In this document: positions 37,601 to 43,825 of the stretch, in pieces
How the letters are laid out: every line of letters begins with the position of its first letter
How positions within the stretch are numbered: position 1 is the first letter of the stretch
Virus record (IMG/VR): IMGVR_UViG_3300032180_000001
Coordinates: 64,001 to 128,000 of that record
Length of the DNA: 64,000 nt
Source: a virus
Strand: one strand, 5' to 3'
Made by a program: the position numbers and the translations under genes
Notes under the pieces: model-generated
Databases searched by the model: none
Told to the model about the DNA's origin: nothing
Seen by the model: the letters and a program-made list of their open reading frames with translations, nothing else

Positions 37601-40600
37601 CCTGAAATTTTTCCTGAACCTTGCGCATAAGAGCGGATGACTCGAAAGCTGCAAGGAACTCATTTATATCCGGAACAGCTTCGACAGGAACGGTTAGCTT
37701 AGTACTACTCCATTGTGCGCCAAGTGCCTGTGCGGCGGCAAGATTAGCATCCTCAACTTCTGTTCTATAGGTATCAAAAAATTTCTTCTGTGCCTTCGTC
37801 AGCGGAACCGTGATCGCCTCAGCAGTTGCGTCACCCGCACCCTTCATCGTTGTCCGGACCTTGTCGGCAAACCCGGTTAGCGCTGTCTCCGACTCTTCTA
37901 TGCTCGGCCCGAGATCAACCGGTATCTCAACAGGATTGGCCTTCACCTCCGCAACAGCCGCGGTAACAGCCGTTGCGACCTCCGGCATGACCTTCGACGT
38001 GTCCGCAGTGAACGGAACGCTTGCCGCCGCCGCCGCTGCCGCCTCTTGCGCGGCCTTCTTCAGCCTGGCTTTCATCACCATGTCGGCCTGCTTCTCCGAC
38101 AGCCCGGCCGCGATCAGCTCCGGTATCCCTCCCGCGACGGGCTTGTACTCTTCCCGCCCGACCGACATCTGCACGCTCTTCATAAAGTCGGCCATATTGG
38201 CTTTAACCGGGATTGTCCGGCTCTGAGTTATCCGCGCCATCTCCGCCTGGATCTCGGCTTCGCTGAACTTAGCCTTCATTTCGACTGGATGAGCTGCAAT
38301 CTCGGCATCCGCCACCGCGACTACCTTAGCTACCTCCGGGGTAATCACCGTTGTGTCTGTCTTGATTTGTTCCACAATCGGATTAGCCGCTGCCCAGGCG
38401 CTTGCTGCTTTTTTCGCTTTATCTAGATCATCATCCAGGTCTTCCAGGTAGTCAGCCGCAGGCCGAACAGATACCGTAGCAATAATCTTATAACCGGTTT
38501 TTGATGCATAGCTACCAGAACTTGGGTAGGCTGACGCATGAGGGGCATTATCTGCCGGATTTACGGGGGCGACCTGGTACGTATATCGACCAAGCAGGTT
38601 AGCCGCATTTGGTTTCTCATTAGCCCACGCCAGTCCGCTCCTACCGGGGTTAATGATATCTCCGACATCTAGCTTCGCATTAGTTGCGTGAAACAGGTCC
38701 TTTACCTCAGTGACGGCAGCAGTGGCCTCTGAGATAATTTTTTCTGTGTCAAGTTCTACCGGAATTTTAGTGTTCCTGTACTTAGCCTTTATGGCGGCTA
38801 GCTGCGCCTCAATCGGATCTTTATTTATATCTGGCGTGAACTCCATCTTCATCGACTTCATAATCTCGGCGACCGACTTGTCCGGCACCGGTACTGCGTT
38901 CTCCGGCTTATACAGGACCTGAGTAGCGCCCTTAAATACATCCTTCGAAGGGACGTCGAACGACCGGACAACGAAACCAAGCTCTTTCAGCTTAGGCAGC
39001 CATTCATCAAACCAGGTGTTCAACTGCTTCATGTCCTCGAATGCGCTGCGAGCACCTTCGCTGAAAAGCTTTATTGCCTTGTCTTCACTGACGATGTTTC
39101 CAAGAAGCGAGTCTTCCCAGACAGGAGGGTGCTCCCAATCTCGGGCGTTGTGCGTTGATGGTGCCGTCTCGGACACGCCAGGACTGCCCGCGTACGGCCC
39201 CCTGCCGGTCTCTGCATGCTCAACGCGGAAGATGCGAGTCATCTCCTGCTTTACTGCGGCTTCAGCAGCTTTGTCCATAACAGGCTCAACCGTAACCGGC
39301 AGGGCTTCAAGGTGAATATTCCGAACGCCCTCAATAATTTGATCTTTAAGTACCTTAAACGGCTGATTTCTCGGGAAGGTAAATTCATGTGCGTCGTCCG
39401 GGAGATCCCCCAGGGCTATACTCTGCCTATTCAGGGCCTTGACTCCCGGTCCTGCAGTAATTTTCATCAAGGTGGTGCCGAATGTTTTTGCTACATCCTC
39501 CGACACTGCGGCGCTAGTGTAGCCCTTATCCTGGATTATCTGACCGGTCTTACTCCCAACACTACCGAGAATCTCATCAGGCTTATTAACACCCCGAAAC
39601 AAAGTAACCTGCTGAGTAAAATCTGATACTTTATTAATCAGGGAGTCAATATCTGAGACAATACTAGCAACACCATTATCCTGAGTACTTCCAGCACCCC
39701 CGACTGATAGACCCCTTAGTTGATCCTGTATTGTCTTGAAAGACCACTCGTAATACCTTTTCATAGCAAACAGGTCGTCTTCAGTCGTGCTGCTAGGAGT
39801 CCCTTCGCTGGACTTAGCTAGTTTCATTCCTGACAAAGCCTGCTTCATCTCCCGGGAGGCATCCCTGAACTCCCCAGCAGACATCTGCACGCTTCGCATA
39901 AAGTCGGCCATTGACGATCCAGCGCTCGCGGTCGGGCCAGGCCCTGCAACCCCCGCTCCCGCAACCCCCGCTCCCTCAAGCCCAGAAGAATCAACCCGGA
40001 TCTTGACCGTCCGGTCCCGGGTGACGATCTTCAGCATCTCTTCGGCCACATCGATCGAACGGTCATCCAGGTCGGCCCGTATCCTCACCATGCGCTCGGC
40101 GGTCAGCGCGTCCAGTGCCGCCTGCGCCGCAGCCGAGTCCAGGACGACGTCGATCTCAAGGTCCTGTCCCGGCGGGAGTACGAGCTTTCCAACGTCAAAC
40201 GTCACCGGAATCTGGGTAGTAAGGCTGCGAAGCTCCGCCAGCTTCCGGTCCAGATCAGCCGTGTTGATATCGATGCTCAGGTAGTCGGACAGACCGGTTT
40301 GCGCGATCAGCTTCTTGATCAGCATGAGCTGGCTGCGGATCTTCGACTGAGGCACGTTAACATCAGCGAAGTCCGCCAGGCCAGACTGGGCTGCCAAAGT
40401 CTTCAGCTTCGCGAACGCCGCAGGAGCGCCCTCAACATTGACGCCGACATCAACCGTCCGGTCCGCCGTCAGGGCATTCAGCTCCGTTTTCGCCGCCGTC
40501 ACAGAACCAGGCTTCAGGTAAAACTCGACCGGAATATCCGCCACGACATCCTGAGTAACGGCGGCAACCTTAACCTGCAAGCCAATTGCGGTACCCAGAT

Positions 40601-41159
40601 TGAACTCAGCCGGAATATCCGCCTTAACGCCTTCGGTAACCGCATCAACCTGAGCCTGCAGTCCGCCCGAGCCACCGCGGACACCAAGATCGACAGGAAC
40701 GAGTGCGCTGGCGCCTTCCGCCATGGCATCAATCTTTACCTGAAACTCGGCCCGAGATGGCATGTTAAGGTCAACCGGTATCTTGGCTCCGATACCCGCA
40801 GTCAGCGTCTCAACCTGAGCCTTCATTCCTGTTTTAGTTCCAGTCAGGTCAACAGGTACCTTCGCCTTGATTCCTGCAGTCAGCGTCTCAACCTGAGTCT
40901 TTACGGCTGCCTTTGAAGGAAGCTTAAATTCGACTGGTATCTTTGCCTGAATCCCCGCGGTCAGCGTCTTAACCTGGCCTTGCAATTTAGTCTTAGTCCC
41001 AGTCAGCTCAATTGGAACCTTTACCTGCAAGTCATGATCAGTAAGAGCCAGCTTGTTAACTTCCCCCACCGCAGTTTTTACCTGCTTGGTAAGATCAGCA
41101 AAAAAACCGTCATCATTTGGTTTAATGTTAACGTAGGCCTCTCCCAAAAGACGGGCCAC
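25629..41159 (-). CDS. giant tape measure protein with ART-like, M23-like, tail-lysozyme and LysM domains
   Basis: 5176-aa ORF after chaperone genes; MARLLGEAYVNIKP start; Ala-rich helical core; 33-aa W/F repeats; three GGxxxGxGxGDxVPAxLxPGExV units. Confidence 0.9.
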   Translation of the reverse strand: MARLLGEAYVNIKPNDDGFFADLTKQVKTAVGEVNKLALTDHDLQVKVPIELTGTKTKLQGQVKTLTAGIQAKIPVEFKLPSKAAVKTQVETLTAGIKAKVPVDLTGTKTGMKAQVETLTAGIGAKIPVDLNMPSRAEFQVKIDAMAEGASALVPVDLGVRGGSGGLQAQVDAVTEGVKADIPAEFNLGTAIGLQVKVAAVTQDVVADIPVEFYLKPGSVTAAKTELNALTADRTVDVGVNVEGAPAAFAKLKTLAAQSGLADFADVNVPQSKIRSQLMLIKKLIAQTGLSDYLSIDINTADLDRKLAELRSLTTQIPVTFDVGKLVLPPGQDLEIDVVLDSAAAQAALDALTAERMVRIRADLDDRSIDVAEEMLKIVTRDRTVKIRVDSSGLEGAGVAGAGVAGPGPTASAGSSMADFMRSVQMSAGEFRDASREMKQALSGMKLAKSSEGTPSSTTEDDLFAMKRYYEWSFKTIQDQLRGLSVGGAGSTQDNGVASIVSDIDSLINKVSDFTQQVTLFRGVNKPDEILGSVGSKTGQIIQDKGYTSAAVSEDVAKTFGTTLMKITAGPGVKALNRQSIALGDLPDDAHEFTFPRNQPFKVLKDQIIEGVRNIHLEALPVTVEPVMDKAAEAAVKQEMTRIFRVEHAETGRGPYAGSPGVSETAPSTHNARDWEHPPVWEDSLLGNIVSEDKAIKLFSEGARSAFEDMKQLNTWFDEWLPKLKELGFVVRSFDVPSKDVFKGATQVLYKPENAVPVPDKSVAEIMKSMKMEFTPDINKDPIEAQLAAIKAKYRNTKIPVELDTEKIISEATAAVTEVKDLFHATNAKLDVGDIINPGRSGLAWANEKPNAANLLGRYTYQVAPVNPADNAPHASAYPSSGSYASKTGYKIIATVSVRPAADYLEDLDDDLDKAKKAASAWAAANPIVEQIKTDTTVITPEVAKVVAVADAEIAAHPVEMKAKFSEAEIQAEMARITQSRTIPVKANMADFMKSVQMSVGREEYKPVAGGIPELIAAGLSEKQADMVMKARLKKAAQEAAAAAAASVPFTADTSKVMPEVATAVTAAVAEVKANPVEIPVDLGPSIEESETALTGFADKVRTTMKGAGDATAEAITVPLTKAQKKFFDTYRTEVEDANLAAAQALGAQWSSTKLTVPVEAVPDINEFLAAFESSALMRKVQEKFQAALTAAKPVVTPELNTAPAMAECTALDKAIEAEKPEVSITADTAPAMTEVMALDKLIMTTIRSMATAGGDRPGGYINLTDLRAALSGVKNLDAALVQLYRDQKVNLVPQHNQQTLTDLQRQQAMFVGGEYKHRVSSQEFIQPKVDLGPATAEVAALDAKISKPVEVPVEPKMSEAARDKLYQDMMMTAAKARVGEVMKPVAVPLTVNKEAATREFRTAIENGSKEAATAAKAAFNQADTPVVTPKLDEKPALAEAAALDEKIATEKPKITPEVNLAPAMEKATAELVTWTEKVGTGKGFLQEYQRVTAAADTSITLQISKWGKLKNTVETTAAEVERVRAIYAKGYGESSQGGVRGYADKGYTVTTAAIGGMAAAEYLAAAAEKVQEKAADAAADSTGGLGATMAATAAQAAKSAKAFEPLNTIIPADMIAKLKELDAATSDLGEKAGYSAAQAMILRIEQSKLSNEMKQSTVDLMSQAAAADTVIRMVTLLSQAEKELKRVKAAHTASGAAGGADQQKTWDDLARKMTKDWNDLSKLQASANKDNLKFDADQRKAWDDLARKMTKDWNDLGKLQEAALKEYQKFLAPQTAAANIDITEAMNKLFMLDAESKKIKETLISLATHVDSDSAKRVLADIAVEAIRLQDELKDIASIDLSKATAGDIARVKDLASAYGRLRSVMATTMAGSAGGGKGGGGGGVLAAAAAGAAGAAGGGGITPFLTKGAGGWFGWMQQQVQAFNGAAKSVKLWHIAMELAVEIFAVWIPALATLALGLGGFALAAKDAVTQVTTYVKNLGTVTTAMGTQMNFMVVSAGGSLQKLGAQAGGVTTKVSSLGNSFSALQDQVRPQVFELYGSALTAMASKSGGVMQKLITDTGTALDRTAARIAVDMNKASSGTGLSNFIKMGQRDIAGLATAFANLGALLGALAGITQRTHIAEIMLGIGVAVTKLFRVVADFIHTPFGGALAAWAIGLHALYAWSGLAATALLNLVERLGIGLAAAKGWAVVGPMFEALGGRIARFGEVLKGLGPAAVSGAIFIAAALAAVVVWAVKAQDAMQKYASAQIAAVANSTPITMLSTTENSLKNVTAAWRQAVASGSADARTLGQSRQQLLGDFTLESERLVQISKLYGISLPAAMQLAQTAGVKVSDFTNADNKAWATSMQMIASLVTGYLNMGQTMGMVGSDMNVLSVTANDQVTAINNLTSAWDTWYGIVTGTQTSMATFGQSMKTFNTDIASGTSTYDTVNTDFQSLLTNANSLVDANMKAGASGPQLTSSIADTGAAMVTAAGNNKTWQAEVVSWVQRAAPYVTTFQQATNWISQMGGSLTKLQGNQNAVTIGNSNLTGKAAALAHTLQSDLTPAQQALVGSTGKVQTALAKFTTDLGKGNKAAASKDRVQLLADLKSVGIYGPDAAKYVNDLANYTLNLGKATTAAKPGTSSFSDTIQSLRLNLKQIIDVVGIPLMHGLNLFAGWVKDISKNTAGKLFLESIAVTLAGIALLKFTGVTSLFKALSGSSLLGRLTGGLLGGKVDGSNAAALMRTAFEEGGTSAAAMIREALVSGGATVATEETAGAATGGKFGPPTGIPGARGTSDVVQGGELAAGGFFSRFGTWFKGLFGKAGGGAEGAGGEGLLRGAGGTALIAAIIGQVLGRVSNAVVGKPTQASNLATYNKTVPGWFQPIANLLFTRQGAANISVGGANAVTGFFTGHRTSDSGQGGPRDPNSVVGALGSSSKTIGGVFHTAWAGVFTGFQHDVADKIYDFFVGSKGSDLKGFLSNTLKLFDGFWSIIAQGFHNRFVHAIGDSFPHEMAVVFDGARHEGAHLWDDAISGLNGLVNRAIQEGAVIFDGMRHEGAHLWDEAISGLSGLVNNAIQEGAVIFDGMRHEGAHLWDEAISGLSGLVSTALQEGAVIFDGMRHEAAHLWDEAISGLAGLGNTLFNVINNALTGHHVHVSLPFGLSFEFTYAKGGHVPGSGSGDTVPALLTPGEFVINKNARKKLENKFGPDVLHKMNKFAAGGSVFDQFGAPGVTVPAGTYSATPASIAAAQKKAGVSPAKAAKAVSPAATGASGTPLVTGASILAGIYAQNKLTAATNKLTALMAQGPATTAQKKAAQSGLTGANASAAAAQLNLNKLLASGTATSAQLAAAHKTLNNAQAGAVAQMTNLNKVYGQHKATQAQLLAAANAQAAAQNAQNRLNNAGVSAVNTAANKAGAALTGAATTAAGTTTGAATTAAGITTGAATTAAATITTATTPKPAPPKPNQPGHVTRGGYVPPTDSRGRPAVDQPPHPGFTSPAGYVPARGPKGDMYSTPPGGGRSPVNLAAGYADITKPGTTGTPPDIGRALVTYTRDLNNNASAQKLVADRTALANSLVKDGLSTQAQATASVSKYTGVIQDQQHSQAQAVEYTKDMVATTPKAKAVIDNLTQAVASNNKTAIGTNQRKLIKILTDAHVPINQATASVKDLTGKIHAVPPSVKLSSAIARAGLTGLLQGLKLNQHKINEVNALKIHPGSDPRDVNKMLGLIGLNSTQIADVNKLKIKPGSDPGQVDALLHHLGLNSNQIAIINSTLIKPQVQQPPPIKPTVQQPPPLRIPITLVPDTMHLGKLGAAGLNALMYGLPGHAKGGHIGGTGHGDTVPAMLTPGEFVLTKTAAAHLKKMYGPGFLDGLNKYATGGSVGGGGAGHPAHAITLTSTGGGSAKHAELGDGGTGKLGKSVKKNLNDALGFVRGQFSNGLSRVFTKDLPASLDKSAASTRDKFAKPVQKTLTGHLGWQQNTFGTAMDKLYTKALPAVYDNSAQAASSRYDKPVRTTMAQHLNWQQGTFGTGISNLYTQAIPGVYNASAKTSSTQYDTPVRGIMTGHLAWQKSPFLSTMTTIYTSQVPQAFATGVSNVGGAWGRLTSVIKPPVNTSIGGLNNLVTGINSIGSWASVSGSIPKIATMARGGRLDGFGGGDSVPALLEPGEAVVDKMTVRKHASALKAMGVPGFAKGGVVGGGYVNPIPSSAGSSRIDQGVDFTGAGPVLAIGNGTILRTSEGGWGPPAGPSPGTFFTYRLNDGPKAGSVVYLAEGVPLVPGLKVGGSLTAGQVIGVMNGSSIETGFADPSGTHPLTQGGGLTAGGAEFWSFLKSLGTKQTPTNMGGSVAASGGVSTVPTGPDPSALGKLSAVGTDLLLQTSAGNAKAVVDLLKGTGNPAKGTGTRNLAGILSGMPPKLAQEAVAHIAKAGASALAGGVGTGPAGGATGSEMANGRELYNYLLTNLFGGQKFAAAGATASIWGESNWNPFAAGTGGRGLIGWTPAGTISDAAFKGGMKTQLPAIIEFVNSSGDQGVISQMKSTTSVLEAANLWGKGVERYGINDVHSTGLSLAASFMKSKGGLVYNVKAGDTLSGIAARFLGNAGDWAEIWDANRSVIGGNPNLLTVGERLGIPGMSGGHGGHQRNRKPGQKPKPKTPKQTLAGMEAALAADQRAETRYGNKMNYDLAHGLTGAYSADSVKAQNALFAAATEQANIKAYKAWMALTPLQKAQQTVQRDDLALTHAKDAVAAALANVESLGGTLSRFKGSKTSPAYRLELKNYQKAQAALFHAGQVEKGDQAAYNAAAKQVAQYQQNPGNDRYLRGLLAKLTRDQAAAAKAAAGMANDSKHHDDAGYFRDSKLYKGAEFAIGKDQLAIKHREAVLAAIPEQERAALVRQISSEEKKIAAAEKAANIAYGVAETDQRILGHDRKGSKKWKTDNWHYQRALRAYLNAGNRVTGDQGVLRGLEQKLGALPGGAGLQLPTANTPVLQLVRALTTNPMLKYLISGPGSVTPLGWAMQPELGDLMVANVFNPASWVGKSATQNGGLYAGMQANYDAAQLAVQQFLMDKGQTKALKLAGKATGIHGIDEHGRRFDQGGLVQPGLNLINNQTGAPEMLTPSRSGWISPRGHGDSRSSRPVSPDGMTAYERESLNEMRALRASMDANTAAVNRQGPAFSQALTGSAHRAASRGNYGGW
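31800..32170 (-). repeat. 99-bp (33-aa) tandem repeat, about 4 copies, inside the tape measure gene
   Basis: EGAVIFDGMRHEGAHLWDEAISGLSGLVNNAIQ-type units. Confidence 0.85.
35880..36060 (-). repeat. 108-bp (36-aa) duplication inside the tape measure gene
   Basis: WDDLARKMTKDWNDL occurs twice. Confidence 0.85.
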
Positions 41160-41160
41160 A

Positions 41161-41556
41161 TCACACCGTCCCTTCTAGATCGAACAAGCCGGTGGTAAGG
41201 AACGGATAAGAGTTAGCCTCGGAACCTGGGCCGCCCGGCCCGTGCATCTGGATAGCAGGATGTTCCAGGAACACGGTGGGATTCGTCGGTGCTGCCGCGC
41301 TGCCGTAAATATGGCCGGTGTCATCCCAGCCGACGTACGGGTGCGTGAGTTCCTTGGTAAATCCCGGAGGCCTAGCGTTACTGCCCCGTCCAGTCCGGGC
41401 CGAAGCAGGCGTCCCTGGGCGAACATGCACCACAGCGATCGCGACTGCCGCAGCCCGGTCCGCGAGATCGAGCATCAAAGGTGCGACGAGACCCGTAGGA
41501 GAATTCAACATCTCAAATACCGCCTCTTCTGAGATATGAACGTCATCCACGTCCAA
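41161..41556 (-). CDS. putative neck/tail-completion protein (HK97 gp10-like)
   Basis: Size, LNSPTGLV...VFLEHP...YPFLT pattern and position. Confidence 0.5.
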   Translation of the reverse strand: MDVDDVHISEEAVFEMLNSPTGLVAPLMLDLADRAAAVAIAVVHVRPGTPASARTGRGSNARPPGFTKELTHPYVGWDDTGHIYGSAAAPTNPTVFLEHPAIQMHGPGGPGSEANSYPFLTTGLFDLEGTV

Positions 41557-41565
41557 GCGCCTCCT

Positions 41566-42608
41566 TTACATCCCCATAAAAGACCCGGGGATCTCCTCGT
41601 CCTTGCCTTCTGCTTCCCAGGGCACAAGATTGCCGTCGGCTCCCTTGCGGAACCCACTGACAGGGGCGTCCGGGTTCTCGACCACCATTCCCGCTGCCTC
41701 CTGGAAGGCTTTCAGTGCCTTCAGCGCCTCCTTCTCCGGATCGACGCGCTGGCCGATCGTTTCCTCGAACGCTTCCAGCTGGTCGGCGTCCATGCCGTCC
41801 GTGCAGATCGCGTACACCATGTTGAGCAGCTGGCGCGGGGTTAGCGCCTCGATGCCTTTTTCCGTGTGCCGGAGCCGTTCCCCGTCGAGACGCGCTGAGT
41901 GGTGGGCGGCGTAACTGAGGAGCCATCGCGCGGCTTGGTAGGGCGCCCGGAGACGATCTCCATCACCTGCGAGATCACCGGCAGAAGCTCTTCCGCGTCA
42001 GCCTTGGTCTCGATGGCATGATTCTCGAAGGCCTGCCAGTCGCCCGTGTCGAACGACTTGCACATGGCCTCCCGGCCGGCCTTGCAGTGCTCGCAGTTGC
42101 CGCATGCCTTCGAGCCCGCATAAATGCAGTCTCGCAACATCATGTAGACCGCTCCCAGGGCGCGCGGGTCGTCGGATGACATATCCGCCGCGGACGCGTA
42201 CTTGAGCAGGGGCATCAGGCCGATCTTCTCCGCGATGCGGAACTTCTTCCCGAGCAGCTCGATCGTGTCGTGGTTCTCGATGACCGCACCCTCGGTGATC
42301 ATCGGCGCCCCCTCGGCCTTCGCGGCCCTGGCGTGCACGACGGCGAGATCCCGGTCGTCCTCGTTCGAGATGCCGTTCGCGGCTGCCGTAGCGGCTGCCT
42401 GAGGGGGCGTCACCGGTGCGGGCACAGAGGCGGGTGCGGAAGACTCCTCTTCCTCATCATCATCATCGTCGTAGTCGTCGACCGGAGTCGGCGTAGGGGT
42501 AGCGCGTGCGGCTGGGCTCCGGTACGCAGGAGGCGGTGTCGGGGTAGGCACATTGTCGGCTTCATTCCAGTCGATCTCGATATCGTAATCGGCTTCCTGA
42601 GCAGGCAT
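41566..42608 (-). CDS. tail assembly chaperone pair (short form 41841-42608; predicted -1 frameshift extension to 41566)
   Basis: The short ORF ends ...SGRPTKP...; the -1 frame is open from 41943 as PYQAARWLL...LTPRQLLNMVYA and continues into ORF 41566-41820. Confidence 0.7.
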
Positions 42609-42785
42609 TTTAACTTCTCTCTATTGTCTGATAGTGTCTGAAAGCGGTCCGGTCCACTTAGGGAACGTGAGCCATAGATGCAACGGCCGGATCGCATTTT
42701 CTTTGAGGAACTCCCCCGGCCAGGACCCTTTCGCAGCCGGGGGAGCTTCTTTCTTGTTTTGTTACGGATGGTGCTAGCGATACGG

Positions 42786-43534
42786 TTACGTACCGGAGAT
42801 GCCCGTGGTGGGATAGCGCATTATCGCGCTTGCTGCGCTGAACGTGCTCTTCATGGAGACCGCTGCCGCAACGCCGCCGGCGACGGCGTAGTCGGGAAGG
42901 ATCTTGCCGAAGAAGTACTGGCCTGGCCCGGCTCCCTGCACGCCGACCGTGGACGGGTAGAGGTAAAAGTTCCGGGGCTGGCCGTCGGTCGCCGCGACGT
43001 AGGTCTGCGCAGTGGCAGTGTCGTAGAAGCCGGTAAAGTCACCGGATGCGTCCGGCAGGCCGGCCACCCAGATCAAGTTAGAGTCTCCCATGGTGGTGAC
43101 GTCTACCTTGGCGACGGTGAAGTTGAGGCTCCAGTCTGACAGAAACGCCATCGGGCTTGCTGAGTCGGTCGGGTTTACGCCAATGTAAGCGATCGTTCTG
43201 TTACCTCTCGTCCTTTTTACAGGGCGAGCGGGCTGGTCATTTCTGCCAGCCTCTGCATGTCTCCATGCAGTCCGGACTATACCTTCACCCACAAGGGGTG
43301 CCACGTACCTAGTCTCTGAACCATCCCGTCGAGACCTTTCAGTTCAGGCGGGCTCGGCTGCTGATTACCCCTGCTAATCTCTTTTTGAACCATCGCGCTC
43401 GCGTTTTCACGCCACGCTGTGGTGCGATCAGGTGACTCGGGCGTCCCAGCAATTCTCGCAGTTTGCACTGAGTGATTGCTCTCTCAGGCGGCCAGTCGAC
43501 CGTTGCGTCCATGAATTCTCGAGATGGTACTCAT
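42786..43534 (-). CDS. major tail tube protein, two exons (43534-43499 and 43193-42786)
   Basis: Spliced product MSTISRIHGRNG|IAYIGVNP...WSLNF...VDVTTMGD...GLPDASGDFTGFYD (147 aa) resembles actinophage tail tube proteins; AAGGAG upstream. Confidence 0.8.
43194..43498 (-). ncRNA. group I self-splicing intron (305 nt, no ORF)
   Basis: P AATTGCTGGG (43454-43445), Q AATCAGCAG (43366-43358), R TCAGAGACTA (43319-43310), S AAGGTATAGTC (43285-43275). P1 has U-G at the splice site, the intron ends in G, P9 has a GAGA tetraloop, and removal restores the reading frame. Confidence 0.92.
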
Positions 43535-43825
43535 CTCCTTCTGTATCGGCGCCTTGACGCCATACGGGAGAGACCGGCTCCAAGCGCATCGTGCCCGTGG
43601 CCGCGATCTAGTGCTGCTCCTGCCATAGTAACTGTCTCGGAGGCGGATTGAAAGCTGCGCCGGATGCACTTACCAATCTGGCGGGAGATTACTTCTCGGA
43701 GGACTTCCAATCTCCTTTACAGAAGGGACCGAGTGGATGGCTAGATGACACTCTCCCTGTTGTGATAGGATTTTCTTATCTACAATCGCGCCAAAAGCTA
43801 GTCAACCCCAAAGAGGTGCCTGATT

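Noticed and set aside
25665-41198. Dozens of plus-strand ORFs overlapping the tape measure gene
   Set aside because: These are antisense shadows expected in GC-rich coding DNA, with no recognisable motifs or RBS.
41862-41870. GGAAAAAG as the chaperone slippery site
   Set aside because: Possible, but the -1 frame already looks protein-like for ~25 codons upstream of it, which favours the GRPT site.
43194-43304. Tail tube start at 43304 (MAPLVGEG...)
   Set aside because: These codons lie within the intron's P8-P9 region; the true N-terminus is in exon 1 at 43534.
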